Source of the DNA: an uncultured virus (IMG/VR IMGVR_UViG_3300025853_000059)
Taxonomy: Duplodnaviria > Heunggongvirae > Uroviricota > Caudoviricetes
Virus record (IMG/VR): IMGVR_UViG_3300025853_000059
Direction: 5' to 3' (one strand)
Length of the DNA: 20,000 nt
Of the stretch, positions 1 through 9,953 are shown piece after piece. Under the pieces are notes generated by a model. That model searched no databases. It was not told the DNA's origin and saw only the letters and a program-made list of their open reading frames with translations. Both the position numbers and the translations under genes were made by a program. Numbering within the stretch: the first letter of the stretch is position 1; each line of letters begins with the position of its first letter.

Positions 1-712
1 TAGCTTGGTTAAATGATCCTGAATCAAATGAACGTGTTGTTGGAAGTGAAATACCACCTACAGACATAGATCCACTTAAAGCTTCACCATTTAATAAAAT
101 TACTCCAATATCAGGTAACACCCAACCATATGAACCTGAATCAGCCCAACCATTAGCATTTGAACCTGTGTAAACTGTTCCAGCTGAGCCTGAAACTAGG
201 TTATATTTTCTACCGGCATCAGTATAGGTTACTGAAGAAGCAACAACACTATCATCTGTTAATTTAACAATACCTCCTGAACCTGAAAGATGGAGAGTCA
301 TTGTACCAGGGAATAATTTTTCTTTATATCTTGCTCTTTCTACGTTGATAGCATAAAAATAAGATGCAGAATAGTTACCAAAGATGAAGCTTGCGTTTTC
401 ATCTCCTAAAATCAAAGTACGATATTGACCATAGTTTGATTTAGTAGGTGTTGAACCTGTTACTAAAGCATTGTAAAATGTACTACCACTACCATCAGCA
501 TCACAATATGCAATGTTAAATTGTACAGCAGCTGTTGAATCAGTAGATGCAGTTTGGTAAACTGAAAAGAAAAATTCTGAGGTGCTGCTAACTACTTGAG
601 TTGATGAAGTATAAAAAGAAGTTAGTGTTGGAGTATTATTGCTCCATATAGCAGCGGTAACAGAATCGTTACTTAGTACTAAATCTTCAGGTTGTAATAA
701 TGAAAATCCCAT
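1..712 (-). CDS. Putative virion structural protein, Ser/Gly/Thr-rich (partial; 3' end runs off the window)
   Basis: Not in the ORF track. ATG at 712 opens a frame that stays open to the window edge: MGFSLLQPEDLVLSNDSVTAAIWSNNTPTLTSFYTSS...INVERARYKEKLFPGTMTLHLSGSGG...SYGWVLPDIGVILLN. It starts 20 nt after the previous stop, in a structural-gene context. Confidence 0.8.
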   Translation of the reverse strand, partial: MGFSLLQPEDLVLSNDSVTAAIWSNNTPTLTSFYTSSTQVVSSTSEFFFSVYQTASTDSTAAVQFNIAYCDADGSGSTFYNALVTGSTPTKSNYGQYRTLILGDENASFIFGNYSASYFYAINVERARYKEKLFPGTMTLHLSGSGGIVKLTDDSVVASSVTYTDAGRKYNLVSGSAGTVYTGSNANGWADSGSYGWVLPDIGVILLNGEALSGSMSVGGISLPTTRSFDSGSFNQA

Positions 713-732
713 ATCTTATAGTGTTATATAGC

Positions 733-1401
733 TTATGCAGTTGTTGTATTTGTTTTTCTAATCTCTACTGGGATTTGCAATCTTGCACCACTGTCTCTAC
801 CAACAATTGTTAATGTAGCATATAAAGTAGTTTGACTACCAAATAATGTATTAACACCTGTTGCTCTCATATTCAATGTAGTTCCAATTACTGTTTTAGA
901 TACATTGGTACCATTAGTTGAAGTTGAGTTTAATGCTTGAGAAGCTTTAGTATCAATTCCAGTTCCTTCAAATGTTGAGAATAATCTAATATCAGAAATT
1001 GTAAAGGTATAACCTGAACTTTCGGTTGTTTGGTTATTACCCAAGTAATTTAATGTTGATGGTGTAATATTTGAAGGAGCATTTTGTTTTAAAATAACAC
1101 TGCTTCTACCAACATCTAAAACAGGCATTTTAGCTGTACCACGAGGTAATGTAGCTAATTTATATTTCATGATTTGGGTTTCATCAGGAAAAGCTTCCAT
1201 TAAAGGCATGTTTTCAATCGCCTCACCATAGTAAGCAGAACCTGAGGGGTGATTTGGATTATACAAGGTATAATCGATTTCATCATCACTTAGAGCAAAT
1301 TGAGTAATCTTGAAAGAACCATCACCTTTCGAGAGTAATTCTCTTCCCTTTTTAGTAAGGATGGCATCAATTGTTACTACTTGGTTATTTAAATATCCCA
1401 T
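733..1401 (-). CDS. Conserved phage structural protein (probably baseplate/tail associated)
   Basis: 222-aa ORF. The N-terminus DAILTKKGRELL...FKITQFALSDDEIDY resembles the 'LT..G..LL....F.IT.FA.GD' start of many baseplate/tail-fibre attachment proteins. It is preceded by the ATATTTATA motif. Confidence 0.6.
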   Translation of the reverse strand: MGYLNNQVVTIDAILTKKGRELLSKGDGSFKITQFALSDDEIDYTLYNPNHPSGSAYYGEAIENMPLMEAFPDETQIMKYKLATLPRGTAKMPVLDVGRSSVILKQNAPSNITPSTLNYLGNNQTTESSGYTFTISDIRLFSTFEGTGIDTKASQALNSTSTNGTNVSKTVIGTTLNMRATGVNTLFGSQTTLYATLTIVGRDSGARLQIPVEIRKTNTTTA

Positions 1402-1418
1402 TGTTAGATTATTTTATT

Positions 1419-1427
1419 TATAAATAT
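1419..1427 (-). promoter_or_regulatory. Putative late promoter ATATTTATA
   Basis: Motif shared by several intergenic gaps, here 17 nt upstream of ATG 1401. It also fits TTG-N19-TATATTTA (TTG at 1448-1450). Confidence 0.6.
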
Positions 1428-1459
1428 ACGTTTTTTTAGTTTCTATCCAAATTTAGTTG

Positions 1460-4400
1460 TTAAGTTGAGGACGTTTGTTCAACATCTAATGTATCTAAAA
1501 ATAGATTTCTAGATTTAAGTTGAGTAATGATTGTTTGAACATTTCGTTTTTGTACCGCTGATAAATCATTGGGTATTAAATATCCTTGTCCTGAAGGGGT
1601 TTTAATTCCTAAAGAACCAGATGGAGGTGATTGGAAAATCACTGCTCTATCATCAGCATTTACTCTTCTTCTAATAGTAAAATTAAATACTTCCCCAGCA
1701 GGAATATTAAATGTTGAAGGGTCAGGTGTTACATTAATAGTATTCCAAATAGAACTATGAAAAACATCATGATTGTAGATTGGATTATAAGTTGAAATAT
1801 TATAATCATCACCATATGCTGCGGATAATGCTGATGCTGAGGTACGGACATCAGTTACTATAAAATCTTGAGTTTCAAATAATGCTCTTGTAGCTGTGGT
1901 TTGATTCCATGTAACTCTAATTTCATCACCTTTTTTAATAATAAATGGTAAATCAAAATCTTCGTAAGTATCTACACCTGAAGCTGAGATTGGAGCAAAC
2001 CTAATATAATTACTTGGAAGATTTGGATTTAATTTTTTATAAGGTAATGATCCAGATCTAGGCATCCCTAATCTTCCGACAGCAGTAGAACCTGTGTTTG
2101 CTACTAATTGAAGTGAATTAGAAATAGCTATATTCAGGGTGTGAACTAAACCTAACCCAGGACCTCTTTGTTGAACTCTTATCCCGGAAGTTGGTTCGTA
2201 AGAAGAACTAATTAATAAACCACCACCTTGAAGAAGGAAATGACCACTTCCTGTTTCTAAGAAATAATCTCTACCCTCATTACCACCCGAGAGGAGTTGT
2301 AAGTTAACATATGGGGAAGTTGTGTAGCTAGTACCATACCTCATTTCACCCCAACTAGAGGAAATAAATGAACAAGTATCTTTAAATTCAACCTCAGAAA
2401 TTTCGTTGGTAAGTACAGCATTATATTCAAGACCACCTTGTAAAATTTCAGAAGATCCTACTGTTAAAGATGAGTAGTCAATACCATTAAAAATATTTTT
2501 ATCATATGCTACAATAGCATTTCTCCCTTTTTCAAATATAGAAGATACTTCATCTAATCTTTCATTTGAACCATCTAATTTATATACTTTAGGAACAATA
2601 TTAGTTCCTGAGATATCATTAGAAGGTACTTGAATTAAGGCATCTAATCTAAAAGTATAAGAATCCCAAAGTTCGTAATTTTCTTTTGAATTTTTAAAAT
2701 GGGCAAAATAAATAGGATGTTTGTCAACAGCTGCAACTTTACCAAATTTACCACCAGTGGTATCACCACCCCAACTTCCAGATCCCCCCGAAAGGAAATT
2801 TACACTTGAAGTAGAAGGGGTATAGAAGTTATAATCAGCACTTGCTACCTCACACCCATCATATCTAGGATTAATAATTCTGCGCATAGTGTAATTACTA
2901 TCAGGTACTTCAGCTGGAGTGGCTGAACCTGAGATAACTGCTATACGGTTAGTAGCTGTAGTAGCATTTGTAGAATAATCTACATCGTATATAAATGAAT
3001 TGTTTCTATTTTCGTTGTAGTTATTAGGAGTAGCATAATAAACCGAATTTTCAAAATTAACTCCTAAAGAAGAAATATAAGGATCAAAACTTACTAATGA
3101 AGTTTCATCACCAACTCTAGAATTATTCCTACTAGTGTTAAGTAAATTATACTTGTATAAGAAAGAGTTATTAGTTGAGCTGTAGGTTTTTGATAAAACT
3201 GGGATATAGTCTGAGTTTATAATAAAGCTATTTAACCCAGTACCATCTACAAAAGAAGTTCCAGAAGCAGAAAGTGCAAATTCAATTTGTGAGCCACTAT
3301 AATTTAAAGTAGAAGTATTGTCGTTATTATTAACATCAACAGCATTTAAACATAACCCAAAAGGTTTCCATCTGTTTAATTCGCTACCTGTATGGTAATA
3401 ATTAGCAGGAGCATAATAAACAATACCTTCACTAACAGAAGCACTATTTTTAATAGCATACCCTAAAGAACTAGTAGCTCCTAGTCCACTACCTCCAAAA
3501 GTAAGTACAGCTGTACTAAAATATTTTAAATATGAAGAATATGCTCCTTCAGATAATGCAAACGTAGGATCTGTTCCAAGAATCCATCTTGAAGAACCTT
3601 GATCACCAGGGGTATCAAGATATTCTCCATCTCCTGTATAGTAAAATCTATAACCATACCCTGAAGAGGCGGCTAAATCATCTTGTTGTTTAATTTTTAA
3701 ACCTTGAAGAACAATATCTGTAAGTGGAATTCCTGATGATTCTGTATCAGTATCTACACTACCTGCTGATATAGCACCATTGATATCAAAACGAACCATT
3801 GGAGCACTGTCCCAAGTAACTTGGTTAGCCCAATAATATGATTCACTTGGGTAAATATTTCCTTCAGTCCCAACCTCATACCACCCACCTCCTATAACAG
3901 TGTTAGCTCCATCACTATCTAATAAAGCTATAGCTACTACTTCATAATAATTTTGAGGGGTAGAAACACCATTAGCTGATTGGGTTATCCAAATTGCTGA
4001 ACCTGTACCAGATCCTGGGTTGTAGGGACGAACTGTTGTTTCAAAAGTATCAATAACAGAATCCCAAAACTTTACATCAATTTTAGTATTACCATAATCT
4101 AAAATAGGACCATATTCACCTACCAAGAAATTATATGTAGTTTCAGTAGTTGAAGGTTTAGTAAATGGATTATTAAATAATGATTGGGTTGTTGCTGCAA
4201 ATTCACTACCACTATATTCACCATCAAAGAATTCAGATTCATTATGATTGGTAAATTCAGTTAATCCAGTAACATTAACATTACTATCAGGATATGCTTG
4301 ACCACCCCAATTAGTTGAAGCATTATTATCAAATTGAGCTGTTAATCTTCTTACTACAGTGTTTGCATCTGAGGTTAAGGTGAAATAGTATGTTTTTTTA

Positions 4401-7400
4401 GATTTAAAAGTTATATCTCTAAACCCATAATCAACAGTAGTACCTAAAGGTAAATAACGAGTTTGAGTAGCAATTACTCCAGTACCTACTTCATTTAAAG
4501 CTACTTCAACATTAGCTACGACACTACCTGAACCGGCATTTAAGTTTCTAACAGCAAATAATATATTTCCTGTATAATCATTAGTAGTATAGTTTGTAAA
4601 TTCACCATCAGTATTTGTAAACCCATTACCCAAATCAATTAATGAAGAAGATACATCTAGGAAAGTGTCTTCTCTAGTGTCAATCCAGCTATAGGTAGGA
4701 TTTGTAAATATTCTAGTGGCACTACCTGAGTTTAAAGTGTATGGGCTAGAAGGATCATTATCTTGAAGTCTAAAATATCCGGCAGGAACATTATATTGAT
4801 TTGCTGATCCTCCAGCACCACCACTAAATGAGCCAACTGAAATGCTTGAAGTTAATTCAAGGTTTTCATAGTTGATTGGATTGTTATAAGTAATGTTCGC
4901 TCCTGAACCTGAAGCATAACGAGCTACTGTAGTAGTTTCGTTTAATGTAGGTAATGGGTATCTATTTCTTTCAAGTAAATGTTGTTTAATTACAATACCT
5001 GTAGAAACATTTGTACGAGCAGGAACATACGATTTAATTGCTTTAAAGATTGAATCATCATAATATTTGATTAATCTTAAATAATCATAAACATTACCTT
5101 TTGTATATTTTTGGAAATAGTATTCAGCTGTTCTTCTTAATTGAGGATAGTAATCAACCGATTCTGAAAGGAATCTAGGATCAGCTAAACTGTCAGCTAC
5201 CACACCAAAACCAAATGTTTGAATAATATCATCATTTACCTCATCTTGAGGTGAGAATGCTACTTCTAAACTGTTAATATCTTCTGTATAACTTCTACTG
5301 ATTTGGTAGTCTTGTTGGATACTAATTTGGTTTGAAAGGATAGTACCGTAATCACTTCCATCAGCAACTTGAATTTTATTAGAAATTCTATTACGTAAAC
5401 CAACTGCAGGTTGATCTAAGAAATATACCTCAGTATTAGTTTTACTAAATGTTCTTAGTGTACTATTTTCATAGTAAATAATGTCATAATTACTTGATGA
5501 TACTTGAGTACCTGGGTTGTAGAATGATTCTGTAACTAAAATAGCAGCAGCACCTGTAATAGCAGGGTGCATAGATGTCATTGATTCAGTATATGAAGAA
5601 CTTAATGAACTAGTAAATAAACTTTCTAATTCATTTCCTAATGGTGCTCTAAAGTTTACAATATCAAATGAACTTAATGAACCTGTAAGGTTAATACCTT
5701 CAATAGATTCTGGGTTCATTACAAAATCATTAAATATACTTTCACTTATAGCATAAGCATAATATCTAAATTCTTGAAGTGAACCTGAGATAATTTTACC
5801 TGATTCATTTAATGTAACTCCTCCTACTTGTGAACCTGAAATAAAACCACCTAAATAAACACCATCAGCAGACCCGGTTCCATATTTGTTCCAGGCATCA
5901 TTTATAGATTCTGAGATATTTGAAGTAATACTAGCAGATCCTTCAAATCCTATAGTATTACCATCAAATCCATTATAGATTTTATTTTTAGCATATAAGG
6001 TATAAGTTGTAGCATTATTGTTATCACTCGCACTTACATGCTGGTTTCTTTGGAGCATTACGGACCACCACCCCTTATTAAAGAATGGTAAATAGATGTC
6101 GTTAGACACAGCTACACCACCGTCTGCGCTTGAACCAGACATATAGAATCTCATTAGACCCCAATCGTTATACTCATTAGTATATGAACCCGAATATGAA
6201 CCAGAGGTAGATCCTGTATAGAATAAAGCAATACCAAAGTCAAAATCTGTTGAAGTATCGTCTCCATCAGACTTTTTAACTAATAAAGATTGAGTAAAAA
6301 ATTCCCCACCGAATGATGATGATGGATACCCTGTTGTTTTAAATCTAAATTGAATACTATCAGGTACTATTTCTTCACTTGAAGATATATAGTTTCTATA
6401 TAAAGGCATCCAAGGGAATACAACAGAAGCACTAGGCATATGTTGGGTAGAAATTGGAGAGAATTCATAACTATATCTGTTGTACCATAAATCATAGTCA
6501 TCAGAATTATCTTTATTTTTACCACCAAATTCATTAATGCGAAGAATAGTATTTGGAATACCCCAAATATTGATAAGTTGTCTTAAACCAGAAATCGTAC
6601 CTTTTTTCTTAACAAGGTAAGACATATTGTGGTAAAGACGTTTAAAAATTTCTTTACTTACAGAATCAATAGGATAAGGATAACCTGGGTCTAAAAGCTG
6701 TTGAACATAATCAGCATATGAATAATCAAGTACCCAGTAATTAACTATAGATCCATTATTAACAGCAATATAATTAGTAATTAACTCACTACCAGTTGGA
6801 GGAACATAAACACCATTATTTTCACCTGTTAATCCTATATAATTTCCTTCGTTATTGTAATTATTTCCAAACCCTTGATATCCTAAAGATTTGACTGCCT
6901 CTTCAGCTAACTTTAAAGGAATACCTTTTTCAAGTTCACTAGTAGTGTTTATTCTTTGAGAAACAGCTTTAGTGTAAAGCCAAATTTCATCAAAGTGTTG
7001 ACCAACCATATTTGAAAACTCAATATATTGGTTGTTATCACTATTATCCCTAATAAATTCTGGGATTGTATAATATAGCCAGTTTTGATTATTATTATCA
7101 TATAAAGAGGCAGATAATAAAATACCTCCATAATATTGAGAACCTTCAATATCACTACCCAACCATACAGAAACACTTACATCTGTAGTAGGAAGAGGAG
7201 TATATGGGAATGAAGAACCGGTTTTAGGATAAGATAATGATGAAGTATTATAGTATAAGTAATATTCATATCCATCAAAATTCTTAATAATATCTTCAAC
7301 TTTAGAATATGCTGAGGCAATACTTGAAGATACTTGGAATGATGCTGAAGTTGAACCTGTAATAGTTGCTAAAGCATCAAGATCAGCTTCATATGCTTGG

Positions 7401-8356
7401 ATTTGTTCTAATTTCTCAACAAAGTTTTCAATTCTTTTCTTTGCAGATGAAAAATTAACAAACTCATTAAATGTATTGTATGAATAGTTAGGTGTGATTT
7501 TTACACCTTTTTGATTTAATACATTAAGTAAATTATCTTTAGAACCTGAGGATGTAGTACTTAATAATTCAGATTTTGATTTTAATTCTGTTGAATTGTT
7601 AACAAAATCTTTAATTTCTAAATTAACATTAGGCCCCTGAATATATTTTAAATTTGAAGAAACATTAACATTATTAGGAAACACCACTTGGAAAGTTGAT
7701 GTTTCAGCTACTTTAGTTACTACATACAATTCATCTTTTAATCCAAAAGATTCAGGAAGTGGTTCGTAAAGCTTTACTAAAATAGAATATTCTTCAGGCC
7801 CTGTAGTGTCAAGTAAAATATTAACACCAATTATTAAATCATTATTACCAAAATTAAGGTAAAATTCATCAAAATATTTTGGATCATCTAATTTTTGAGT
7901 AAGATCTTGGAATCCTTTTACAATTTCTTCCCCAGTAATAAAATTAGTTTCTAATCTTAATTCAGTTCTATCTGAGGAGATTTCCGAAATATAATATTGT
8001 TTATCTTCAGAAGATGCTAATTCGTTATTAACGAAATTATATACAGTATAAAGTTGTCCTGTTGAATAACCAAAACTTGATAAGTTAGCTACAGGATCTA
8101 AAGATAATTCATTTACAAGAGATATATTTTCTCCAGTAGAAGATTTATTTGAGATATACCACCCATCAAAATTAGAACTACCTTCTAAGAAATTTAAACT
8201 AAGATCATAAATCCAAAATTCAACTCTATTTAAATTAGGATCAAAATATGAATCTATGACTTCACTAGGAACTACAGATTCATCCAACTCATATCCATTT
8301 GGAAAAAGATCGCTAGGGGTAACGGGGATTATAGATGCTGTAACTTCAGACGCCAT
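1460..8356 (-). CDS. Giant virion protein, putative baseplate wedge (T4 gp7 / P2 gpI-like) with a LamG/concanavalin-like domain and a long beta-rich C-terminal part
   Basis: 2298-aa ORF downstream of gp25 and gp6. It contains LVKKKGTISGLRQLINIWGI (the KGT..GL..L motif of gp7/gpI-type wedge proteins, ~6560-6620), followed by a beta-sandwich-like segment (SIQFRFKT...GWWSVML...GSLQEFRYY, ~5760-6360). Confidence 0.6.
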   Translation of the reverse strand: MASEVTASIIPVTPSDLFPNGYELDESVVPSEVIDSYFDPNLNRVEFWIYDLSLNFLEGSSNFDGWYISNKSSTGENISLVNELSLDPVANLSSFGYSTGQLYTVYNFVNNELASSEDKQYYISEISSDRTELRLETNFITGEEIVKGFQDLTQKLDDPKYFDEFYLNFGNNDLIIGVNILLDTTGPEEYSILVKLYEPLPESFGLKDELYVVTKVAETSTFQVVFPNNVNVSSNLKYIQGPNVNLEIKDFVNNSTELKSKSELLSTTSSGSKDNLLNVLNQKGVKITPNYSYNTFNEFVNFSSAKKRIENFVEKLEQIQAYEADLDALATITGSTSASFQVSSSIASAYSKVEDIIKNFDGYEYYLYYNTSSLSYPKTGSSFPYTPLPTTDVSVSVWLGSDIEGSQYYGGILLSASLYDNNNQNWLYYTIPEFIRDNSDNNQYIEFSNMVGQHFDEIWLYTKAVSQRINTTSELEKGIPLKLAEEAVKSLGYQGFGNNYNNEGNYIGLTGENNGVYVPPTGSELITNYIAVNNGSIVNYWVLDYSYADYVQQLLDPGYPYPIDSVSKEIFKRLYHNMSYLVKKKGTISGLRQLINIWGIPNTILRINEFGGKNKDNSDDYDLWYNRYSYEFSPISTQHMPSASVVFPWMPLYRNYISSSEEIVPDSIQFRFKTTGYPSSSFGGEFFTQSLLVKKSDGDDTSTDFDFGIALFYTGSTSGSYSGSYTNEYNDWGLMRFYMSGSSADGGVAVSNDIYLPFFNKGWWSVMLQRNQHVSASDNNNATTYTLYAKNKIYNGFDGNTIGFEGSASITSNISESINDAWNKYGTGSADGVYLGGFISGSQVGGVTLNESGKIISGSLQEFRYYAYAISESIFNDFVMNPESIEGINLTGSLSSFDIVNFRAPLGNELESLFTSSLSSSYTESMTSMHPAITGAAAILVTESFYNPGTQVSSSNYDIIYYENSTLRTFSKTNTEVYFLDQPAVGLRNRISNKIQVADGSDYGTILSNQISIQQDYQISRSYTEDINSLEVAFSPQDEVNDDIIQTFGFGVVADSLADPRFLSESVDYYPQLRRTAEYYFQKYTKGNVYDYLRLIKYYDDSIFKAIKSYVPARTNVSTGIVIKQHLLERNRYPLPTLNETTTVARYASGSGANITYNNPINYENLELTSSISVGSFSGGAGGSANQYNVPAGYFRLQDNDPSSPYTLNSGSATRIFTNPTYSWIDTREDTFLDVSSSLIDLGNGFTNTDGEFTNYTTNDYTGNILFAVRNLNAGSGSVVANVEVALNEVGTGVIATQTRYLPLGTTVDYGFRDITFKSKKTYYFTLTSDANTVVRRLTAQFDNNASTNWGGQAYPDSNVNVTGLTEFTNHNESEFFDGEYSGSEFAATTQSLFNNPFTKPSTTETTYNFLVGEYGPILDYGNTKIDVKFWDSVIDTFETTVRPYNPGSGTGSAIWITQSANGVSTPQNYYEVVAIALLDSDGANTVIGGGWYEVGTEGNIYPSESYYWANQVTWDSAPMVRFDINGAISAGSVDTDTESSGIPLTDIVLQGLKIKQQDDLAASSGYGYRFYYTGDGEYLDTPGDQGSSRWILGTDPTFALSEGAYSSYLKYFSTAVLTFGGSGLGATSSLGYAIKNSASVSEGIVYYAPANYYHTGSELNRWKPFGLCLNAVDVNNNDNTSTLNYSGSQIEFALSASGTSFVDGTGLNSFIINSDYIPVLSKTYSSTNNSFLYKYNLLNTSRNNSRVGDETSLVSFDPYISSLGVNFENSVYYATPNNYNENRNNSFIYDVDYSTNATTATNRIAVISGSATPAEVPDSNYTMRRIINPRYDGCEVASADYNFYTPSTSSVNFLSGGSGSWGGDTTGGKFGKVAAVDKHPIYFAHFKNSKENYELWDSYTFRLDALIQVPSNDISGTNIVPKVYKLDGSNERLDEVSSIFEKGRNAIVAYDKNIFNGIDYSSLTVGSSEILQGGLEYNAVLTNEISEVEFKDTCSFISSSWGEMRYGTSYTTSPYVNLQLLSGGNEGRDYFLETGSGHFLLQGGGLLISSSYEPTSGIRVQQRGPGLGLVHTLNIAISNSLQLVANTGSTAVGRLGMPRSGSLPYKKLNPNLPSNYIRFAPISASGVDTYEDFDLPFIIKKGDEIRVTWNQTTATRALFETQDFIVTDVRTSASALSAAYGDDYNISTYNPIYNHDVFHSSIWNTINVTPDPSTFNIPAGEVFNFTIRRRVNADDRAVIFQSPPSGSLGIKTPSGQGYLIPNDLSAVQKRNVQTIITQLKSRNLFLDTLDVEQTSST

Positions 8357-8361
8357 TTATT

Positions 8362-8370
8362 TATAAATAT
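8362..8370 (-). promoter_or_regulatory. Putative late promoter ATATTTATA
   Basis: 5 nt upstream of ATG 8356. Confidence 0.6.
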
Positions 8371-8394
8371 ATTTTAGTATAAAAATTAGAAAAA

Positions 8395-8898
8395 CTATTC
8401 AGCACCATCTTTAAAATCTTGGACTGATTGAATAGTTTGAACTAATTCCTGTCTTAATTCTAAGTTTTCTTCTCTTAAGTCCGTAATTTCTTCAAGTAAA
8501 GCTTCAATCTCTTCTTGATTTGGGTTAAAATTAACAAATTCACTACTTTCAGTAATTAAGAAAGTGTGAGAATTAGTATCACCCTCTTTAGGAATTTCGT
8601 AAAAAAACTTGTCGTATAACGTAAAAAAGTCTTCTATTGTAGCCAAGTTAATATCAAAAAAACTAGGATCTTGTGTAGATACTAATTGAGTAAATCCAGT
8701 TTTTACTGATTTATTAAAATCATCTTTATTAAATACTTGCCTGCTTAAACTTACATTAGCTCCTTCTCCGGTTGGGTTTACTCTTAACTTCATACTAGAA
8801 GTAGTAGGAGTAGTTGTTGGTTGAGGGGTAATTTGAGCCTTATTTTTTAAGCTTGAAGGATCTATTGGGGTTGGGGATTGTAAATCTGTCGCAGCCAT
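8395..8898 (-). CDS. Hypothetical protein with C-terminal coiled coil
   Basis: 167-aa ORF with a Pro/Thr-rich N-terminus and heptads EIEALLEEITDLREENLELRQEL. It lies 2 nt from the upstream gene. Confidence 0.75.
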   Translation of the reverse strand: MAATDLQSPTPIDPSSLKNKAQITPQPTTTPTTSSMKLRVNPTGEGANVSLSRQVFNKDDFNKSVKTGFTQLVSTQDPSFFDINLATIEDFFTLYDKFFYEIPKEGDTNSHTFLITESSEFVNFNPNQEEIEALLEEITDLREENLELRQELVQTIQSVQDFKDGAE

Positions 8899-8900
8899 AA

Positions 8901-9944
8901 TTATCCTTTTTCAACTTTAAACATAATATTTTCGTCCCATACTTTAGTAACCCCACCTACTACAGTTTTAACTAATACTGTGTAGTATCTTTCAGGTTCT
9001 AAACCATTCATATACACATCAAAATAACTTGAGGTAGCATCAGCACTAATACGAGTATAAGTAGAATCAAAATCAACTACAAATTCATTTGTTGCACTAT
9101 CCTTAATAGCATATAATGATTGAGATTCAGGAAGATAATAGTTTTCAGTATAATAAGAAGCTGTAATAAATTGTCTATCTGGGTATTTTGGGATAGCTGC
9201 TAATCTAAATCGTGGAACACTTTCAGAATAATAAACACCTGCATTATTATAAATTGAAATAAATGCTTCAGGAGTACTTAATACAGCATTAGAACCGGTA
9301 TTCCAAATAGAATCATTCCATCTAAATTCTAAACAAGGAGGATAAATAGTGTTAGTGTCAATTGAAAAATATTTAAAAATAGGTTGATTAGTAGTACTAG
9401 TACTATCTTCAACACTACTTGAAAGTTTTACTAAAAATCCATCATTATCAGACCCACTATACCAACTTTCAACTGTGGTAGATACATTAACATTAATATC
9501 TATTGGGTTAGAATATGAAAATGATTGTGAATATTCTGGAGAAGCATTATAATCACCCCCAGCAGAAATCCAAGCTACTGAGCCAGAATAATCTTTCCAA
9601 ACCCAACTAGTTCCATTAACTACATCAGGTGAATCTGAATATCTTCCAGTACCCATACCCCAACTCCCAGATACTGTGAAAAAATGAAGATTAGTATTAA
9701 TAGCTAATCCTGAAACATTAGCATTAAAATTTCTTAAGTAAGATGTCCAACTTCCAGTTACTTTATTATCAATAACGTCTTGAATTTCATCTGTAGAAAA
9801 TTGAATTAGGTATCTGCTATTGTATCTATCTCCCAAATAATAATAAGAAGATACCTCTAAAATCTGGTCTAATCCAGTATTTTTACTAGGGTATTGCTCA
9901 TATAATGTAGCATCTTGAGTTGGGAAAATTTTATATACTGCCAT
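8901..9944 (-). CDS. Putative structural protein with a DNRLRE/CBM96-like beta domain
   Basis: 347-aa ORF. The pattern 'IFPTQDATLYEQYPSKNTG...SRYLIQF...W.SAGGDY...VSTTVESWYSG..NDGFLVK...F.S.DT...PP.LEF.W' matches the layout of DNRLRE-type domains. It directly follows gp6. Confidence 0.5.
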   Translation of the reverse strand: MAVYKIFPTQDATLYEQYPSKNTGLDQILEVSSYYYLGDRYNSRYLIQFSTDEIQDVIDNKVTGSWTSYLRNFNANVSGLAINTNLHFFTVSGSWGMGTGRYSDSPDVVNGTSWVWKDYSGSVAWISAGGDYNASPEYSQSFSYSNPIDINVNVSTTVESWYSGSDNDGFLVKLSSSVEDSTSTTNQPIFKYFSIDTNTIYPPCLEFRWNDSIWNTGSNAVLSTPEAFISIYNNAGVYYSESVPRFRLAAIPKYPDRQFITASYYTENYYLPESQSLYAIKDSATNEFVVDFDSTYTRISADATSSYFDVYMNGLEPERYYTVLVKTVVGGVTKVWDENIMFKVEKG

Positions 9945-9953
9945 ATCTTTTTA

